From the NCBI RefSeq assembly GCF_001194135.2, contig NC_068981.1, positions 122,364,250 to 122,428,195 on the forward strand: a stretch of 63,946 bases of DNA, in the 5' to 3' direction. The DNA comes from Octopus bimaculoides. Taxonomy: Eukaryota. The notes beneath the pieces are model-generated. The model was given only the letters and a program-made list of their open reading frames with translations. It did not search any database and was not told the DNA's origin. The position numbers and the translations under genes were made by a program. Below, piece by piece: positions 39,640 to 53,106 of the stretch. How positions within the stretch are numbered: the stretch's first letter is position 1; every line of letters begins with the position of its first letter.

Positions 39640-42600
39640 TATATATATTNNNNNNNNNNNNNNNNNNNNNNNNNNNNNNNNNNNNNNNNNNNNNNNNNNN
39701 NNNNNNNNNNNNNNNNNNNNNNNNNNNNNNNNNNNNNNNNNNNNNNNNNNNNNNNNNNNNNNNNNNNNNNNNNNNNNNNNNNNNNNNNNNNNNNNNNNNN
39801 NNNNNNNNNNNNNNNNNNNNNNNNNNNNNNNNNNNNNNNNNNNNNNNNNNNNNNNNNNNNNNNNNNNNNNNNNNNNNNNNNNNNNNNNNNNNNNNNNNNN
39901 NNNNNNNNNNNNNNNNNNNNNNNNNNNNNNNNNNNNNNNNNNNNNNNNNNNNNNNNNNNNNNNNNNNNNNNNNNNNNNNNNNNNNNNNNNNNNNNNNNNN
40001 NNNNNNNNNNNNNNNNNNNNNNNNNNNNNNNNNNNNNNNNNNNNNNNNNNNNNNNNNNNNNNNNNNNNNNNNNNNNNNNNNNNNNNNNNNNNNNNNNNNN
40101 NNNNNNNNNNNNNNNNNNNNNNNNNNNNNNNNNNNNNNNNNNNNNNNNNNNNNNNNNNNNNNNNNNNNNNNNNNNNNNNNNNNNNNNNNNNNNNNNNNNN
40201 NNNNNNNNNNNNNNNNNNNNNNNNNNNNNNNNNNNNNNNNNNNNNNNNNNNNNNNNNNNNNNNNNNNNNNNNNNNNNNNNNNNNNNNNNNNNATATATAT
40301 ATATATATATATACGTAGGGTATAATAGAAAAGAGATTTTCCTGATGTTGACGGGTGACGTTGAGTAGGGTTATGCTGTGTAATTTGCCACAGTAGCCAA
40401 GTAAATAATATCAGTTAGGTTTTTCCTCGTTATTCCCTTTTGTTTACTCTCTAAGCTCCACAACAATCACCTTCAGTTATTATTGTTAGTTCTCTATCGA
40501 GCAATATAGGTACGGCTGTTGGTGCAATGATCGCAGACATATTAAGCTGGAGAACTGAATATCATTGTGCTGTAATTTTAAGGTGTATGCTAACAGAATT
40601 AAGAAATGGAAACGATGAATAAAATGTTGAAGTGATGCTATTCGTATGTGTCGTATGTGTAAATAGTTTATTTTTCTATTTAATGTACTAAACAACAATG
40701 AACTAAACGACAAATTTGATTATACAAAACTAGTAATGTTTTATCAAAATTTGAAATAATTACATTCGTTTACTATTTTGCGACAAGTAATCACTGAGGT
40801 AAATAAAAGTAATGATGTTATAAAACATTTGCTACATCCAGTAGCGTCGATAGTAAAAATGAGGTAACAAAATGGCAATTCTGACTACATCAGCATCCTA
40901 AGTATAGATAACAAAGATTGTCCACTGATGTCGAATTTGTGGGGAAAACTATGTTGATATAAATTCATACATACCTATGTATGTACGTGTCTGAGCGTGT
41001 GATGGTGTGTGTGCATATCTATATCAATATTGTATCAATAAGCATATTTTAGTATTGTGAAGCGTCACTGGTAGAAACAGATCCTAATTCATTTTGAAAC
41101 TTAAACTGACATTCCAGCCATTCAATCAACCAAAGGTATGTATTTGTCAATTTAGATTAGACTTAAACTGAAGAGAAATTGACGCCTCTATATGTAACTA
41201 GTTGTAAACATGCTTATCAAAATGATCTTATATATATTCCTACAAATACGACTATAACAGTCTTTCCGTATTCGTAGTAATATTTTGACATATGTTAAGA
41301 ATCACAGACAAACAGCAATCAGCGTCGTGTTACAAAAAGATTACAAAATCTTGATGAGAAAAATATAGTCATTATGATTAGCATTTCTGTTAAGAATTTG
41401 CAAGAAACTTGACATGCAATTTGTTATCTGATGAACAAGTGAAACAAAACTAGAAGGTAAATAAACATGCAAGGTGCTATATGTAAAGAATGAATGAAAG
41501 AAAAAGGTGAAGTGTCGTGATATCATTTTAAAATATGATGTTTACATGACAATACAATATAATTTGTTAATTTAATTTGTCATTGATATCTATGTAATCA
41601 TATATGAGTGCGAATCTGTCTGTATATCTATATATATGCATGTATGTATATATATGTATGACTGTATATGACACGCTCATATACACATGAAAGCACAAAC
41701 TTGCGCGCAGGCACATACATTCATTCACACACATACACTCAGACTTATAATTCTCTTTTTGTCCACTTCTGCTAACGTTAAAGTTGATTTTTCTTCAAAC
41801 GTGATGGCTTGTCAAGTTGTCTGTCATTGTCATTGGTTTATCAGTTGTTGATAACTGTATAATATTTGAGTTTCGATGGTGATTTTCTGGAATACTTGAT
41901 TCAGTTTTATTTTCGAACTTCTAAATCTGGCTTCTTGTAATATCTATCTGATTTTATATATGTGTGTGTATTTGTACGTGTGTGTGTGTGTGTGTTTGTG
42001 TGTGTGTATATGTGTGTGCATAAATTTTTGACATGATATAAATGGTTTTTCTTTTTTCCATACCGAACATTTCCGCGATAAGCTGGAAGAAATTCATTAT
42101 GAGGCGAGTTTGAATCATAGCTGTTGATGCTCACTCGGAAATTGCACGAGTTTACATCACTTTTTTTTCAATTTTTGTAATTTACAAGATTATGAAGAAT
42201 AATCTCTAGTGGTTAGATTTTATATTAGCAAAGCTCTTTGGGACAGCCACCCGAAATTTGCTCTATAGCNNNNNNNNNNNNNNNNNNNNNNNNNNNNNNN
42301 NNNNNNNNNNNNNNNNNNNNNNNNNNNNNNNNNNNNNNNNNNNNNNNNNNNNNNNNNNNNNNNNNNNNNNNNNNNNNNNNNNNNNNNNNNNNNNNNNNNN
42401 NNNNNNNNNNNNNNNNNNNNNNNNNNNNNNNNNNNNNNNNNNNNNNNNNNNNNNNNNNNNNNNNNNNNNNNNNNNNNNNNNNNNNNNNNNNNNNNNNNNN
42501 NNNNNNNNNNNNNNNNNNNNNNNNNNNNNNNNNNNNNNNNNNNNNNNNNNNNNNNNNNNNNNNNNNNNNNNNNNNNNNNNNNNNNNNNNNNNNNNNNNNN

Positions 42601-42990
42601 NNNNNNNNNNNNNNNNNNNNNNNNNNNNNNNNNNNNNNNNNNNNNNNNNNNNNNNNNNNNNNNNNNNNNNNNNNNNNNNNNNNNNNNNNNNNNNNNNNNN
42701 NNNNNNNNNNNNNNNNNNNNNNNNNNNNNNNNNNNNNNNNNNNNNNNNNNNNNNNNNNNNNNNNNNNNNNNNNNNNNNNNNNNNNNNNNNNNNNNNNNNN
42801 NNNNNNNNNNNNNNNNNNNNNNNNNNNNNNNNNNNNNNNNNNNNNNNNNNNNNNNNNNNNNNNNNNNNNNNNNNNNNNNNNNNNNNNNNNNNNNNNNNNN
42901 NNNNNNNNNNNNNNNNNNNNNNNNNNNNNNNNNNNNNNNNNNNNNNNNNNNNNNNNNNNNNNNNNNNNNNNNNNNNNNNNNNNNNNNNNN

Positions 42991-43000
42991 NNNNNNNNNN

Positions 43001-43096
<96 letters not shown>

Positions 43097-43114
43097 AAGA
43101 AGAAGAAGAAGAAG
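42991..43114. repeat. (AAT)n(AAG)n compound microsatellite
   Basis: Directly visible. Confidence 0.95.
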
Positions 43115-43665
43115 AAATACCCTGATGCAGTACCTGGCAGTGGATCTCATGGCTTCTCAGCTGAACTGATTGGTAGTGTTATCATGTAAATTGTTTTGTC
43201 TTCGTATAATAGATGGGCTAAATCAAATAATCTGCTCAATACCACAGATTTGCTTGTCAGTTGCTTGACCTTAACCAGTTGAGCTTTTCCTTTGGTGGCT
43301 GATGATATCTGCATCTCTGATCACCAGCAGCAGTGGGAAAGCATCATAGCAATCTGCTGAGAGGAATTATTTTGGGGTTGAATAATTACCTCTCTGGAGA
43401 CAGGAATGTTTCATTGAACATCGTTAGGTAACCCTTATTCATGGAGCTTTTGAGTGGGATGGGCTACTCAACCTGAAGAAAGATTTAACTGGGCCCCCAC
43501 CTGCAAGATGATGCGCTGTTTATCTTGATATGTGATCCCATATCACGCACAATTGGTTGTGATACTTGTGCGTGGCCTACACTTATAATATCATGATGAG
43601 TGTAATGGGTTTCGTTTATTTGTAAACCCGTGTCACTTTTGATGGCATGCAATGTTCTTTCACTC
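43115..43665 (+). mobile_element. ~550 bp non-coding interspersed element (copy 2), flanked by trinucleotide arrays on both sides
   Basis: Co-linear with the reverse complement of 4239-4797 and shares its termini (aaat..cctgatgcagta ... ct(c/t)tcac). Followed immediately by (AAT)n; no ORF. Confidence 0.8.
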
Positions 43666-43750
43666 AATAATAATAATAATGATGATGGTGATGATGACGA
43701 TGAGGATGATGATGATGATGATGATGAAGACGACGACGATGATGATAATG

Positions 43751-43826
<76 letters not shown>

Positions 43827-43843
43827 TAATAATAATAATAATA

Positions 43844-44131
43844 AACGAGAAATGTTCCTGTTATTCTGTTATTGTAGGCGCCGTAGGTATGAGAAAAATC
43901 GGATGTCAGAAACATGTAGATAAGATTCCAGGAGAACCATGTCTCAGAGAAATCCAAAAGATCGTGCTGACAAGTACTGCCCCATCCTTAACAACCTTAT
44001 CAATTTAAATGTCTGTGTTGTATTAGATGAAGATATATCACTACCTCCGCCCCAAGAATTCAGTCATACTGTAACATCACTTATCTGTGTGTATCTTGGC
44101 AGGTGGCTGTAACAATGGGGATTAAGAGTAA
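43844..44131 (+). mobile_element. Short 5'-truncated R4/Dong-type LINE 3' end
   Basis: SVIVGAVGMRKIGCQKHVDKIPGEPCLREIQKIVLTSTAPSLTTLSI* matches the P(V/I)IVGALG..IPG..L.EIQK..L.GTA.ILR C-terminus. About 120 bp 3' UTR, then (AAT)n; (AAT)n upstream too. Confidence 0.8.
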
Positions 44132-44213
44132 AATAATAATAATAACAACAACAATAATAATAATAATAATAATAATAATAATTTGAACAAAACTGTACAA
44201 ATNNNNNNNNNNA

Positions 44214-44279
<66 letters not shown>

Positions 44280-44894
44280 TCATAAAGATTGATGGAAACT
44301 TCACGAAGGCAAATATACTGTTATATGAGTACCATGTGTTATGTAACATAACACAGACTGACTTCGGTTTTTGAGCTCAACAATATTTCGACAGTTCGTT
44401 TGTCTTCTCCAACATAAGCAAAATGACAGATAAATTCCATCCGTTTTATTCTAAATCTTTTAACTTAGTGTTTACTTTATTTCTTGCTTTTTATTTTTCT
44501 CAGATTTTTTTTTTTTTTACTTGTTTCTTGTTTCATCAATTACTAACGAGTAAAGTGATATGTTTGTTGGTTTAAGAAATAACGCAACTTAGTCCAGCAG
44601 AAACGTTGATTTTCTACATTTTTGCGCATTTTGTAAATTGATTCTACAACTGTTGAAATACTGTTGTCTTCAATAAACAAAATCAATCTTTGTTATGTAT
44701 CGCAACGCAATATTCTAATTCTGTAACCACCACCACTGCCACCACCACCACCAACAACAACATCACCACCAACACCACCAACAACAACACCACCACCAAC
44801 ACCACCACCACCNNNNNNNNNNTCGAGGGTTCCCCAAAGACTGGAATATCAACATTTTCCTGTGAGTATTTTAAATTCCCCTCAAAATAGGTTA

Positions 44895-45330
44895 AAACAT
44901 ATATATCTACAGTTTTTGAGCACACAAATGATCAGCTGTAAAACTTTTAATATCTACAACTGCTGTGAATATGTTTCCTTTCTCCCTGAGTATTCGGAAA
45001 CGTAAACATCCTTTTTATTCTAAGAATACTGCAGTTTTCTCTATTCGGACAAGCAAAAGATCATTTCTAGTAAATCTTAAAACTTTACTATCTACAACTT
45101 TCTCTGAAAATTTATTCTCATTTCTTTCCTTTCTCCCTGAGTATTCGAAAATGAAATGTAAAAATCCCTTTTATTGCAAAAACACTACTGTCTTCGCTAA
45201 TGGGACATACAAACGAACATCTCTAGAAAACTTAAAAACTTGAATATCTACAATTTTGTGTGAAAATTTTATCTTTCTTTTCTGCCTGACTATCCGAATA
45301 TATAAACACACCTTTTATTGCAATAACACA
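44895..45330. repeat. Degenerate ~140-155 bp tandem repeat, about 3 units
   Basis: aaaactt..atatctacaa at ~44941, ~45079 and ~45235. ctttctccctgagtattcg at ~44978 and ~45130; cc(c)ttttatt(c/g) at ~45009, ~45167 and ~45311. Confidence 0.8.
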
Positions 45331-45478
45331 TTTAAATGCACAATAAAAAAAAATAATGAAAAGGTAAACACCAGCCAATATATACAAACTGCACAATTAC
45401 AAAAACTGTAAGCTACAGCAAAACTGATAAAAAGAAAAGGAAGAACAATTCAGATATTCAAAAACTCAACAATTATTA

Positions 45479-45550
<72 letters not shown>

Positions 45551-45551
<1 letters not shown>

Positions 45552-45925
45552 ATACTTTTAATCTGCACGTTTGTTACAACCACTCGCCGAGACACACCCA
45601 ATGTCCTAGGACGAGTGAAGGATTAAAGATGTTACAGTATGACAGAAAGTTTGGAGAGGACATGTTGCAATGGCAGTAGCGAAATATCCGACCTTTGCAA
45701 TACATCTAGATTGTAGGGTATCTCTAATGTTTTCAGGTGTATTTTCAGACTGAGTGGTATTGAACATAGGCTCCGATGACAATAGGGGTAACCTTTATGT
45801 TCGTCTCTCGGAGCTGCCACATCTTAGTCTCCATATTTATCAACATCTCAAGTCTCCATATTTACCAACTTTTTCTCTTTCTTCTATGATGATATGTTGA
45901 TCTCCTGGAACTATTTTCCTGAAAT
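45551..45925 (-). mobile_element. 5'-truncated R4/Dong-type LINE 3' end (3' UTR related to 43844-44131)
   Basis: VPGDQHIIIEEREKVGKYGDL..KMWQL..KVTPIVIG..LEIPYNLDVLQ. Its 3' UTR shares gtcatactgtaacatc and gg.tgtaacaa..gatta.agta with 44060-44130. (AAT)n tail at 45474-45548. Confidence 0.8.
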
Positions 45926-47321
45926 CTAGGGCACAGAAACGCACTGTATACATTGGTAGGCCATTAAAATAAACACACCAAATTGTCCATTTACAGAGTC
46001 ATCTGACAGAGAAAAGCGGGAGGTCAGAGAGAAAAATTGAAAATAAAAAGTAAACAAAAAAATAAAGGGGAAAGGGGTAAGAAAATTTACAGCGACAATG
46101 TTTTCTTCAATATGTGTAACATACCAGTTAAGACAATGTTTTTGCGCTTCCTGTATCGATTGTAAGTCAGGGATCATTCTTAAACAGTTTTCAATTGCTT
46201 TTTTGATCATTCCAAGTGCTCCCACAATCATTGGTATTGTAGGCATCTTGAGATGCCACATCTTTTCGATTTTGATTAGCAAATCTTTAAATTCTTTTGC
46301 CGAGATATAATGAATCAATAAACAGACTTTATTGTTTTAGTCTTCCACAAAAATATCTGGTTTATTTGCTTTGATGGTCCGGTTTGTACATACTAAGAAG
46401 TCCCAAAGAATAGTTACATATTTGCCCTCAGTTTCAACCTCAGGATGGTGCTTGTACCATCTGTCAGCAGTTTTGATTTTATAATACCAACACATTGTAG
46501 ATTATGGGCAACTCTGTCACGTCTTGATTTGTACTCTACAGGTGCTAAAAACTTACATCCAGAGATTAGGTGGTTCATTTTCTATTCCATCGTTGCAGTA
46601 TCGGCACTTTGTGTCTACACCATTTTTCATCACATTGGCTTGATATTTCCGGGTCATAAAGCCTTCACTCTGTGTCTTTAGCCCAGAGCTACGTGGGTAC
46701 TGATGGGTGTGCTTCTGGTCTACATCAGTTTGTTTGGTACAGTCCACATTTTAGCCATACAGAGGTATTTGCTCCCTCCTATCAAACAATTGTTCAAACG
46801 CATTTTGTTTGCTATTGATTTAAACTTCTTTGCAAGTGAAGTTGCTAAACTTCCATTATGCTGTTCAACATGTGTATTATGCATAAGCACAATTGAAAAT
46901 ACGTCTTTCATAATTTTCAATGAGCTTTTGCATCCACTCGTTAGATATTTCAAGATATTTTACCAATCCAATAGTGGTGGTTTTGTAGATTTCAAATTGG
47001 ATCAAGCCTCGACCTCCTTGAGTACTGAGTGGGTAAAGATGATCTGCATCTGTCTTTGGGCGGTGAATCTTATTGCAAGTGAATCTTATTACGTATTTTC
47101 CAGTCAATCTTCCCTATTTCCATCATATTCCAGTTAAACATATTGAAACTTTAAATTACAACCGCAATTGCTAAGGAATTTATAGCTAACGCCTTGTTAG
47201 TGCATTTAACTCGGATTTTAGGACTGTTCGAACTCTCTTGTAACACTCCTTCCTGATATTCTCTTTCATGCCTACATGCTGAATGCCAGGACCATCATTT
47301 ATTCCGAATCTTTTGTTCCGC

Positions 47322-47322
<1 letters not shown>
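45926..47322 (-). mobile_element. ~1.4 kb 5'-truncated R4/Dong-type LINE fragment (post-RT region, CCHC knuckle, RLE), pseudogenised
   Basis: ECYKRVRTVLKSELN, LYPLSTQGGRGLIQ, CRYCNDGIE..HLISGC (CCHC), ILWDF..TNRTIKANKPDI (RLE PD), FKDLLIKIEKMWHLKMPTIPMIVGALGMIKK. Many frameshifts; (AAT)n at the 5' junction (47323-47390). Confidence 0.92.
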
Positions 47323-47385
<63 letters not shown>

Positions 47386-48476
47386 ATTATTTTATTTTTA
47401 AAGGATTGACGTAACCCTTCACAAAGGTAAATAGACAATATAAAGAGTGCCATGCGATTGCAATAGATATTTTATTGGTTGAACGATATTCTGATAGCTA
47501 ACATGTCTTCGTCGAGTTCAAAAAAAGGGATAAAAATTCAAAATTCATAGTAATTAAAATCCAAAATATGAACGTGAACAATTGGCATCTCTACGTTGAT
47601 GGAATGTTATGAATCTTTAAATTTCAAGTTTACAACTGACAAACACAAAAAGAAAGAAAATAAGAGAGAACGAAAAGGAGAGAAAAAGAAAAGTTTTGTG
47701 TAAATATGATGAAATTATTTCTTTCTTTCAGGGCGTGATGTTAATAACCTGCCAACACATTTTCCCCATGCATTTTGAATACTGAAAATGTAGCAGATTC
47801 AGAATATTTTCTGAGAATATGCACTTTCAAGTCTTTTTTTCAAAATTGTAGCCGTTTGATGCAAAATATGCGTGAAGTTCTGTCGAACTACTCCTATTGT
47901 ACCTGACGTCGAATCTGTGCCCATTAAATTTGTTGTTTAATTGTACTGTTCTTCAACCAAGATAAATGAAACTGTGCTTGGTGCATGCTGCTGCGTACAC
48001 CAAATGGGAATCTCTACAACGTCCCACCTTCCGTGTAAATCATAGCAATTCTGTTATGATTCATGACGGAATTCACTTGACTCATGTCGTTGCACAATGA
48101 ACAGAGCTCAATCTGTGAATTTACTACACTTTCAGTACTAAAAATGTATGAGGAGAAATATGTTGGCGGGTTATTAACCTCACACCCTCGAGGAATGAAT
48201 AAAATGACATGAGAATTTCTTTATATTTGCACAAAACTGCTTGATTAAATATTCCTCCTTCTTCCTTGTCTTTTTTTCTTTTGTTTTCTTTCTCTTTCTT
48301 TTTGCCAGTTGTAAACTTGATGCTGATTACTCTCGTTCGTATTTTGGATTTGAATTTCTGTAAGTCTGAATTTTTATCACTTTTCATTTGGAACTCGACA
48401 AAGACATGCTAGCTGTCCAAATATCCTTCAACCAATACAATATCCATTGCAATCCCATCGCGTTCTTCGTATTGTC

Positions 48477-48563
<87 letters not shown>

Positions 48564-50392
48564 CACAATATATAGAACAAAATAATTTGCATTGTCCTTT
48601 ACTGCTTGCTCAAAGGTATTTTCATTCACACATTAAGTGAAATTTCTGAAACTGGGAATGGAAGCGGAGTCAATGTTTGGACAATGTTTGTTTCAGAATC
48701 CACTATCTGTCAATGTTTTTACTTTCTCGTTTGTATTTTGTAATGATGGATGTCAGATGCGCATATTCTGAAAACTTCATATTGGAATATATTCACTTCA
48801 GCATCTCTATCAGTGTTAACATCAAAGAAACTAAATAAATTGACTGCAGTATATACGCATACACATAATAATTGCATTGTCACGTCGAAAAGTGGGTGTC
48901 GTGTACCCCTGATAATAATAGAAAACGTGTCACAACTTAAATTACATTCTCGGTCTTTTAATATATTTACAGAGTTTTCAAAAGAAACACACACTATCAA
49001 ACAATAATGCCATAACCACACAGCCACGCGCAAACACGCACAAATATATGCGCACACGCACACACACACACACACAAATAAACATACACACAATCATACA
49101 CAAACATGCACAGAACTGAATGTATAATAAGCAGATACAAACAATAATAAATCGAATGTACATGCATACACACAACAAGAACAATTAAACTTTTAGGTTA
49201 TTTCTGGGCATGTAACTGGTGGTTATTGACAAACAGCTTGCGTGTATGTTTGGCATGGCAACCGCTTTGTGTATAAGGCATCACTAGTCGTTGACATGCG
49301 CAATACGTACGCGTAGACATCGTACAGCCGAGCAATTACCAGCTGTATTACATGATAAAAAAAAGATGATACACGCACAAGAAGTACTACATGCATTTTA
49401 CAAATATATAAATATATACTCTAGCTCATCTTCTACACCGAATTAGCACTAACCGGACATACAGATATGAACTAATGTCAACACACGTATATTACAAGCA
49501 TATAAAGTTTATACTCATACGTTCATCACGAGTATAATATGCATGCATATATTCATGAAGTGTGAATATAAATATTTAATAGATAATAGTGCACATATGA
49601 CAAATAATTATTAATTGTCTGGCAAGTATATAAATTGCTTACAAAGATACCAGACATTTCTTACATACAAAAGAACCTCCCATCAGATATTTGTGGATTA
49701 ATCTAAATTTCGGTTTCTGTTAAATAAGTCTTGTCAAAACCTCTTTCTTAAATAAATATTATTATGCTGGAATTTCTTTCAATCTTGCTGCCACAGAAAG
49801 AATGTTTCTATGGTGCAATATTTATACTAATAAACTATCAGTGTTGAATCATTGCGAGAAATTATTTCGACACTTCTGTTTAAAAATGAATAGAAAACTG
49901 AAAACATTTGAGAATGAGATAGCCTACACTGCTAGAAATTACTGTGATGGAGAGTTATAAGTTACATTAGACTCAGTTAATTTGAGGAGTGATAGAATCA
50001 GCTCATTGTGAGTGAGCTTTGAGTAGAAATCTAATTAGCTGAACTCTGCTTGTTAATTTTACATTTATAAATTATATGCTAAGAGAATGAAAGAATAGAA
50101 TGTGTGAATGTTCAGACATCTCGTCTAACGACAACTTAAGCTTGGTTGGATACTTAGACTATATGATACGGTTTAGGAAAATAAATCAGGTATTTAAGCT
50201 TAGTTCATAATAAAGAGATGAAATACAAATGTAATGTTCAAGTTATGCGAGATAAAACACATCTGATTTTATAATGTGGCAGTAGTGTGTATCTCAGTGA
50301 CGTGTATGTTAACGAGTACTTCGATATTATAAACCGATAAATAAGCATACATACATAATTACATAAATACATAAATATATACATACATACAT

Positions 50393-50441
<49 letters not shown>

Positions 50442-50456
50442 ATCACGCACATATAT

Positions 50457-50865
50457 AAGTAGTATTCCTAGCCGCTTTAGCATGGCTGTGTATTCGAGCG
50501 GTCTTTACTGTGATTTTTTAGCCCCAAGAGAACATCTCATCTAGCTGGTTAACGGTGCACAGCTGCATACAATAAAATTGCGAGGAGAGAAGCGAACACC
50601 TACCTCCTCCCAGCGAGGGAGCCAGTAGATCAGTCCTGGTTTAGGGATATTTCTGCGATCCTCATTACTGGCAGAAATAGCTCGAAACCAGGATTGGGCT
50701 ACTGCTGCTGTCGCTTGGAGATGTTAGGGGGCTTCGCTCTCCGGCCTGCAATTTTTTCGGACGCAGTTTTGCATCGTAAACCAGCTAGAGGAGTTGTCCT
50801 CTTGGGGTTAAAAAATAGCAGTAGCGTCCGTTCAAACCATGTTAAAGTGGCTATGAGTATTACTT
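50457..50865. mobile_element. 409 bp fold-back palindrome (MITE-like)
   Basis: aagtagtattcctagccgctttagcatgg.. pairs with ..ccatgttaaagtggctatgagtattactt. Internal pairs: ccccaagag/ctcttgggg, ctagctggtt/aaccagctag, tcctggttt/aaaccagga, and a central tatttctgc (50648-50656)/gcagaaata (50671-50679) around a 14-nt loop. Confidence 0.85.
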
Positions 50866-52008
50866 GTCAGTACACCTACTGCGTTGATATCTTACAGAGA
50901 TTTTAGAACTAGCACATATATGTATATATATATATATATTAATTGATTGTACATATTTATATATTTGTTTGGATAGGTAGATGTACAGATATTCGTAAAT
51001 ATATTTATCAACATATTTGGTACTTTTTGCAACTGAAGAAGGCACTGTATTTAAATTGATGTAATACTTGTATTGTTCGATAAAATGGAACCGTCTGACA
51101 TCCTGTTACTTATTTTATTTTATGCATCCTACTTCGAGCTGTGCGGATAGTTCCTGACTGGCTTGGTGCTTCAACTTATGTACCTAATTCAAAGGAAACT
51201 TAATTATATATATATTTATATATATGTGTGTGTGTGTGCATACGTCAATGTGAGACGATAAAATAAATGCTGAATACTGCATTGATGGATATATAATTTC
51301 TTTATTTTATGGAAGCCTTAATTCACAAATAGAGAATAAATATGTAGGTACATATATGTATGTACATATGTATATGAGTGAGAGAGCGATGTTTGTGCCT
51401 GTATTTGAGTATGTATGTGTATATATAAGTGTGGATTCATGTTCATGTGTGTGTCCTTGTGTGTGTGTGTGTTCGTTGGGTGCGTGTGTTCGGAAAGAAA
51501 TTTCCAATTGTGACCCTCAGAAAAGTTGTCGCGTATCAGTGAACGGATTTATCACGATGAAGTCACAAATTATGCTTCACTCAGCATCAATTTCGTCACG
51601 TAAATTTTAAATTTTAAATTGTAATATAAGCCTGAATGGCTTTTAAGAATATATTCCACTGTATCTTATGTTCATAATAGTATTATAAAAGTGTTTGACA
51701 AAACACGCATTAATATTACAACAATCGTTATTGTGCTACAAAACGTAATCGTACTTTTTCCTGATATATTTTCTTATAGTTCCCCATCGAAGTTCCCCGG
51801 TTACATCCAATGCTTCAATGAAAGTGATATTTGTTTCATATAGATCTTAAAATGTCTTACTGATGTGTTTGGTTTCTTTCTTAACCTGATGAGAAGATTG
51901 CATTATTTTATATCATTTTATTCCTTCTGGAATAATACCAACGTTTTCTTCGAAACATACGTCGGAAGAAAAAGATTTGAATAACACCTGGGTTTAATTT
52001 CCTTTATC

Positions 52009-52021
52009 TATCTATCTATCC

Positions 52022-52082
<61 letters not shown>
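52009..52082. repeat. (TATC)n microsatellite
   Basis: Directly visible. Confidence 0.95.
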
Positions 52083-52083
<1 letters not shown>

Positions 52084-52087
52084 ATGA

Positions 52088-52208
52088 TCAAAGACGCATA
52101 GAATAAGTACCAGGCTTAGAACGAATAAGTCCCGGGGTCGATTTGTTCGACTAAAAGGTGGTGCTCCATCATGGCCGCAGTAAAATGACTCAAACCAGCA
52201 AAAGAATA
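52088..52208 (+). mobile_element. SINE 3' half (separate family sharing the aagtacc..ggggtcgat motif)
   Basis: atagaataagtaccaggctt..ataagtcccggggtcgatttgttcgact..ggtgctccatcatggccgcagtaaaatgact. The shared motif is visible; the family assignment is from recall. Confidence 0.6.
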
Positions 52209-52923
52209 NNNNNNNNNNNNNNNNNNNNNNNNNNNNNNNNNNNNNNNNNNNNNNNNNNNNNNNNNNNNNNNNNNNNNNNNNNNNNNNNNNNNNNNNNNNN
52301 NNNNNNNNNNNNNNNNNNNNNNNNNNNNNNNNNNNNNNNNNNNNNNNNNNNNNNNNNNNNNNNNNNNNNNNNNNNNNNNNNNNNNNNNNNNNNNNNNNNN
52401 NNNNNNNNNNNNNNNNNNNNNNNNNNNNNNNNNNNNNNNNNNNNNNNNNNNNNNNNNNNNNNNNNNNNNNNNNNNNNNNNNNNNNNNNNNNNNNNNNNNN
52501 NNNNNNNNNNNNNNNNNNNNNNNNNNNNNNNNNNNNNNNNNNNNNNNNNNNNNNNNNNNNNNNNNNNNNNNNNNNNNNNNNNNNNNNNNNNNNNNNNNNN
52601 NNNNNNNNNNNNNNNNNNNNNNNNNNNNNNNNNNNNNNNNNNNNNNNNNNNNNNNNNNNNNNNNNNNNNNNNNNNNNNNNNNNNNNNNNNNNNNNNNNNN
52701 NNNNNNNNNNNNNNNNNNNNNNNNNNNNNNNNNNNNNNNNNNNNNNNNNNNNNNNNNNNNNNNNNNNNNNNNNNNNNNNNNNNNNNNNNNNNNNNNNNNN
52801 NNNNNNNNNNNNNNNNNNNNNNNNNNNNNNNNNNNNNNNNNNNNNNNNNNNNNNNNNNNNNNNNNNNNNNNNNNNNNNNNNNNNNNNNNNNNNNNNNNNN
52901 NNNNNNNNNNNNNNNNNNNNNNN

Positions 52924-52964
<41 letters not shown>

Positions 52965-52966
<2 letters not shown>

Positions 52967-53106
52967 ACCCTTTTTCAGTTTTCATCTACCAAATCTACTC
53001 ACAAGGCTTTGTTGACCAGAAGATATTAGCCGAAGGTGCCACGCAGTGGAATGAACCTAGAACTATGTGGTTGTGTAGTAAACTTCTCACCACAAACCCA
53101 CGCTTA
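52965..53106 (-). mobile_element. tRNA-derived SINE (third family) ending at (TA)n
   Basis: The reverse complement reads gcgtgggtttgtggtgagaagttt..caaccacatagttctaggttcattccactgcgtggcacctt..aaagccttgtgagtagatttggtaga, with an A/B-box-like head. The head matches 55361-55410. Confidence 0.7.
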
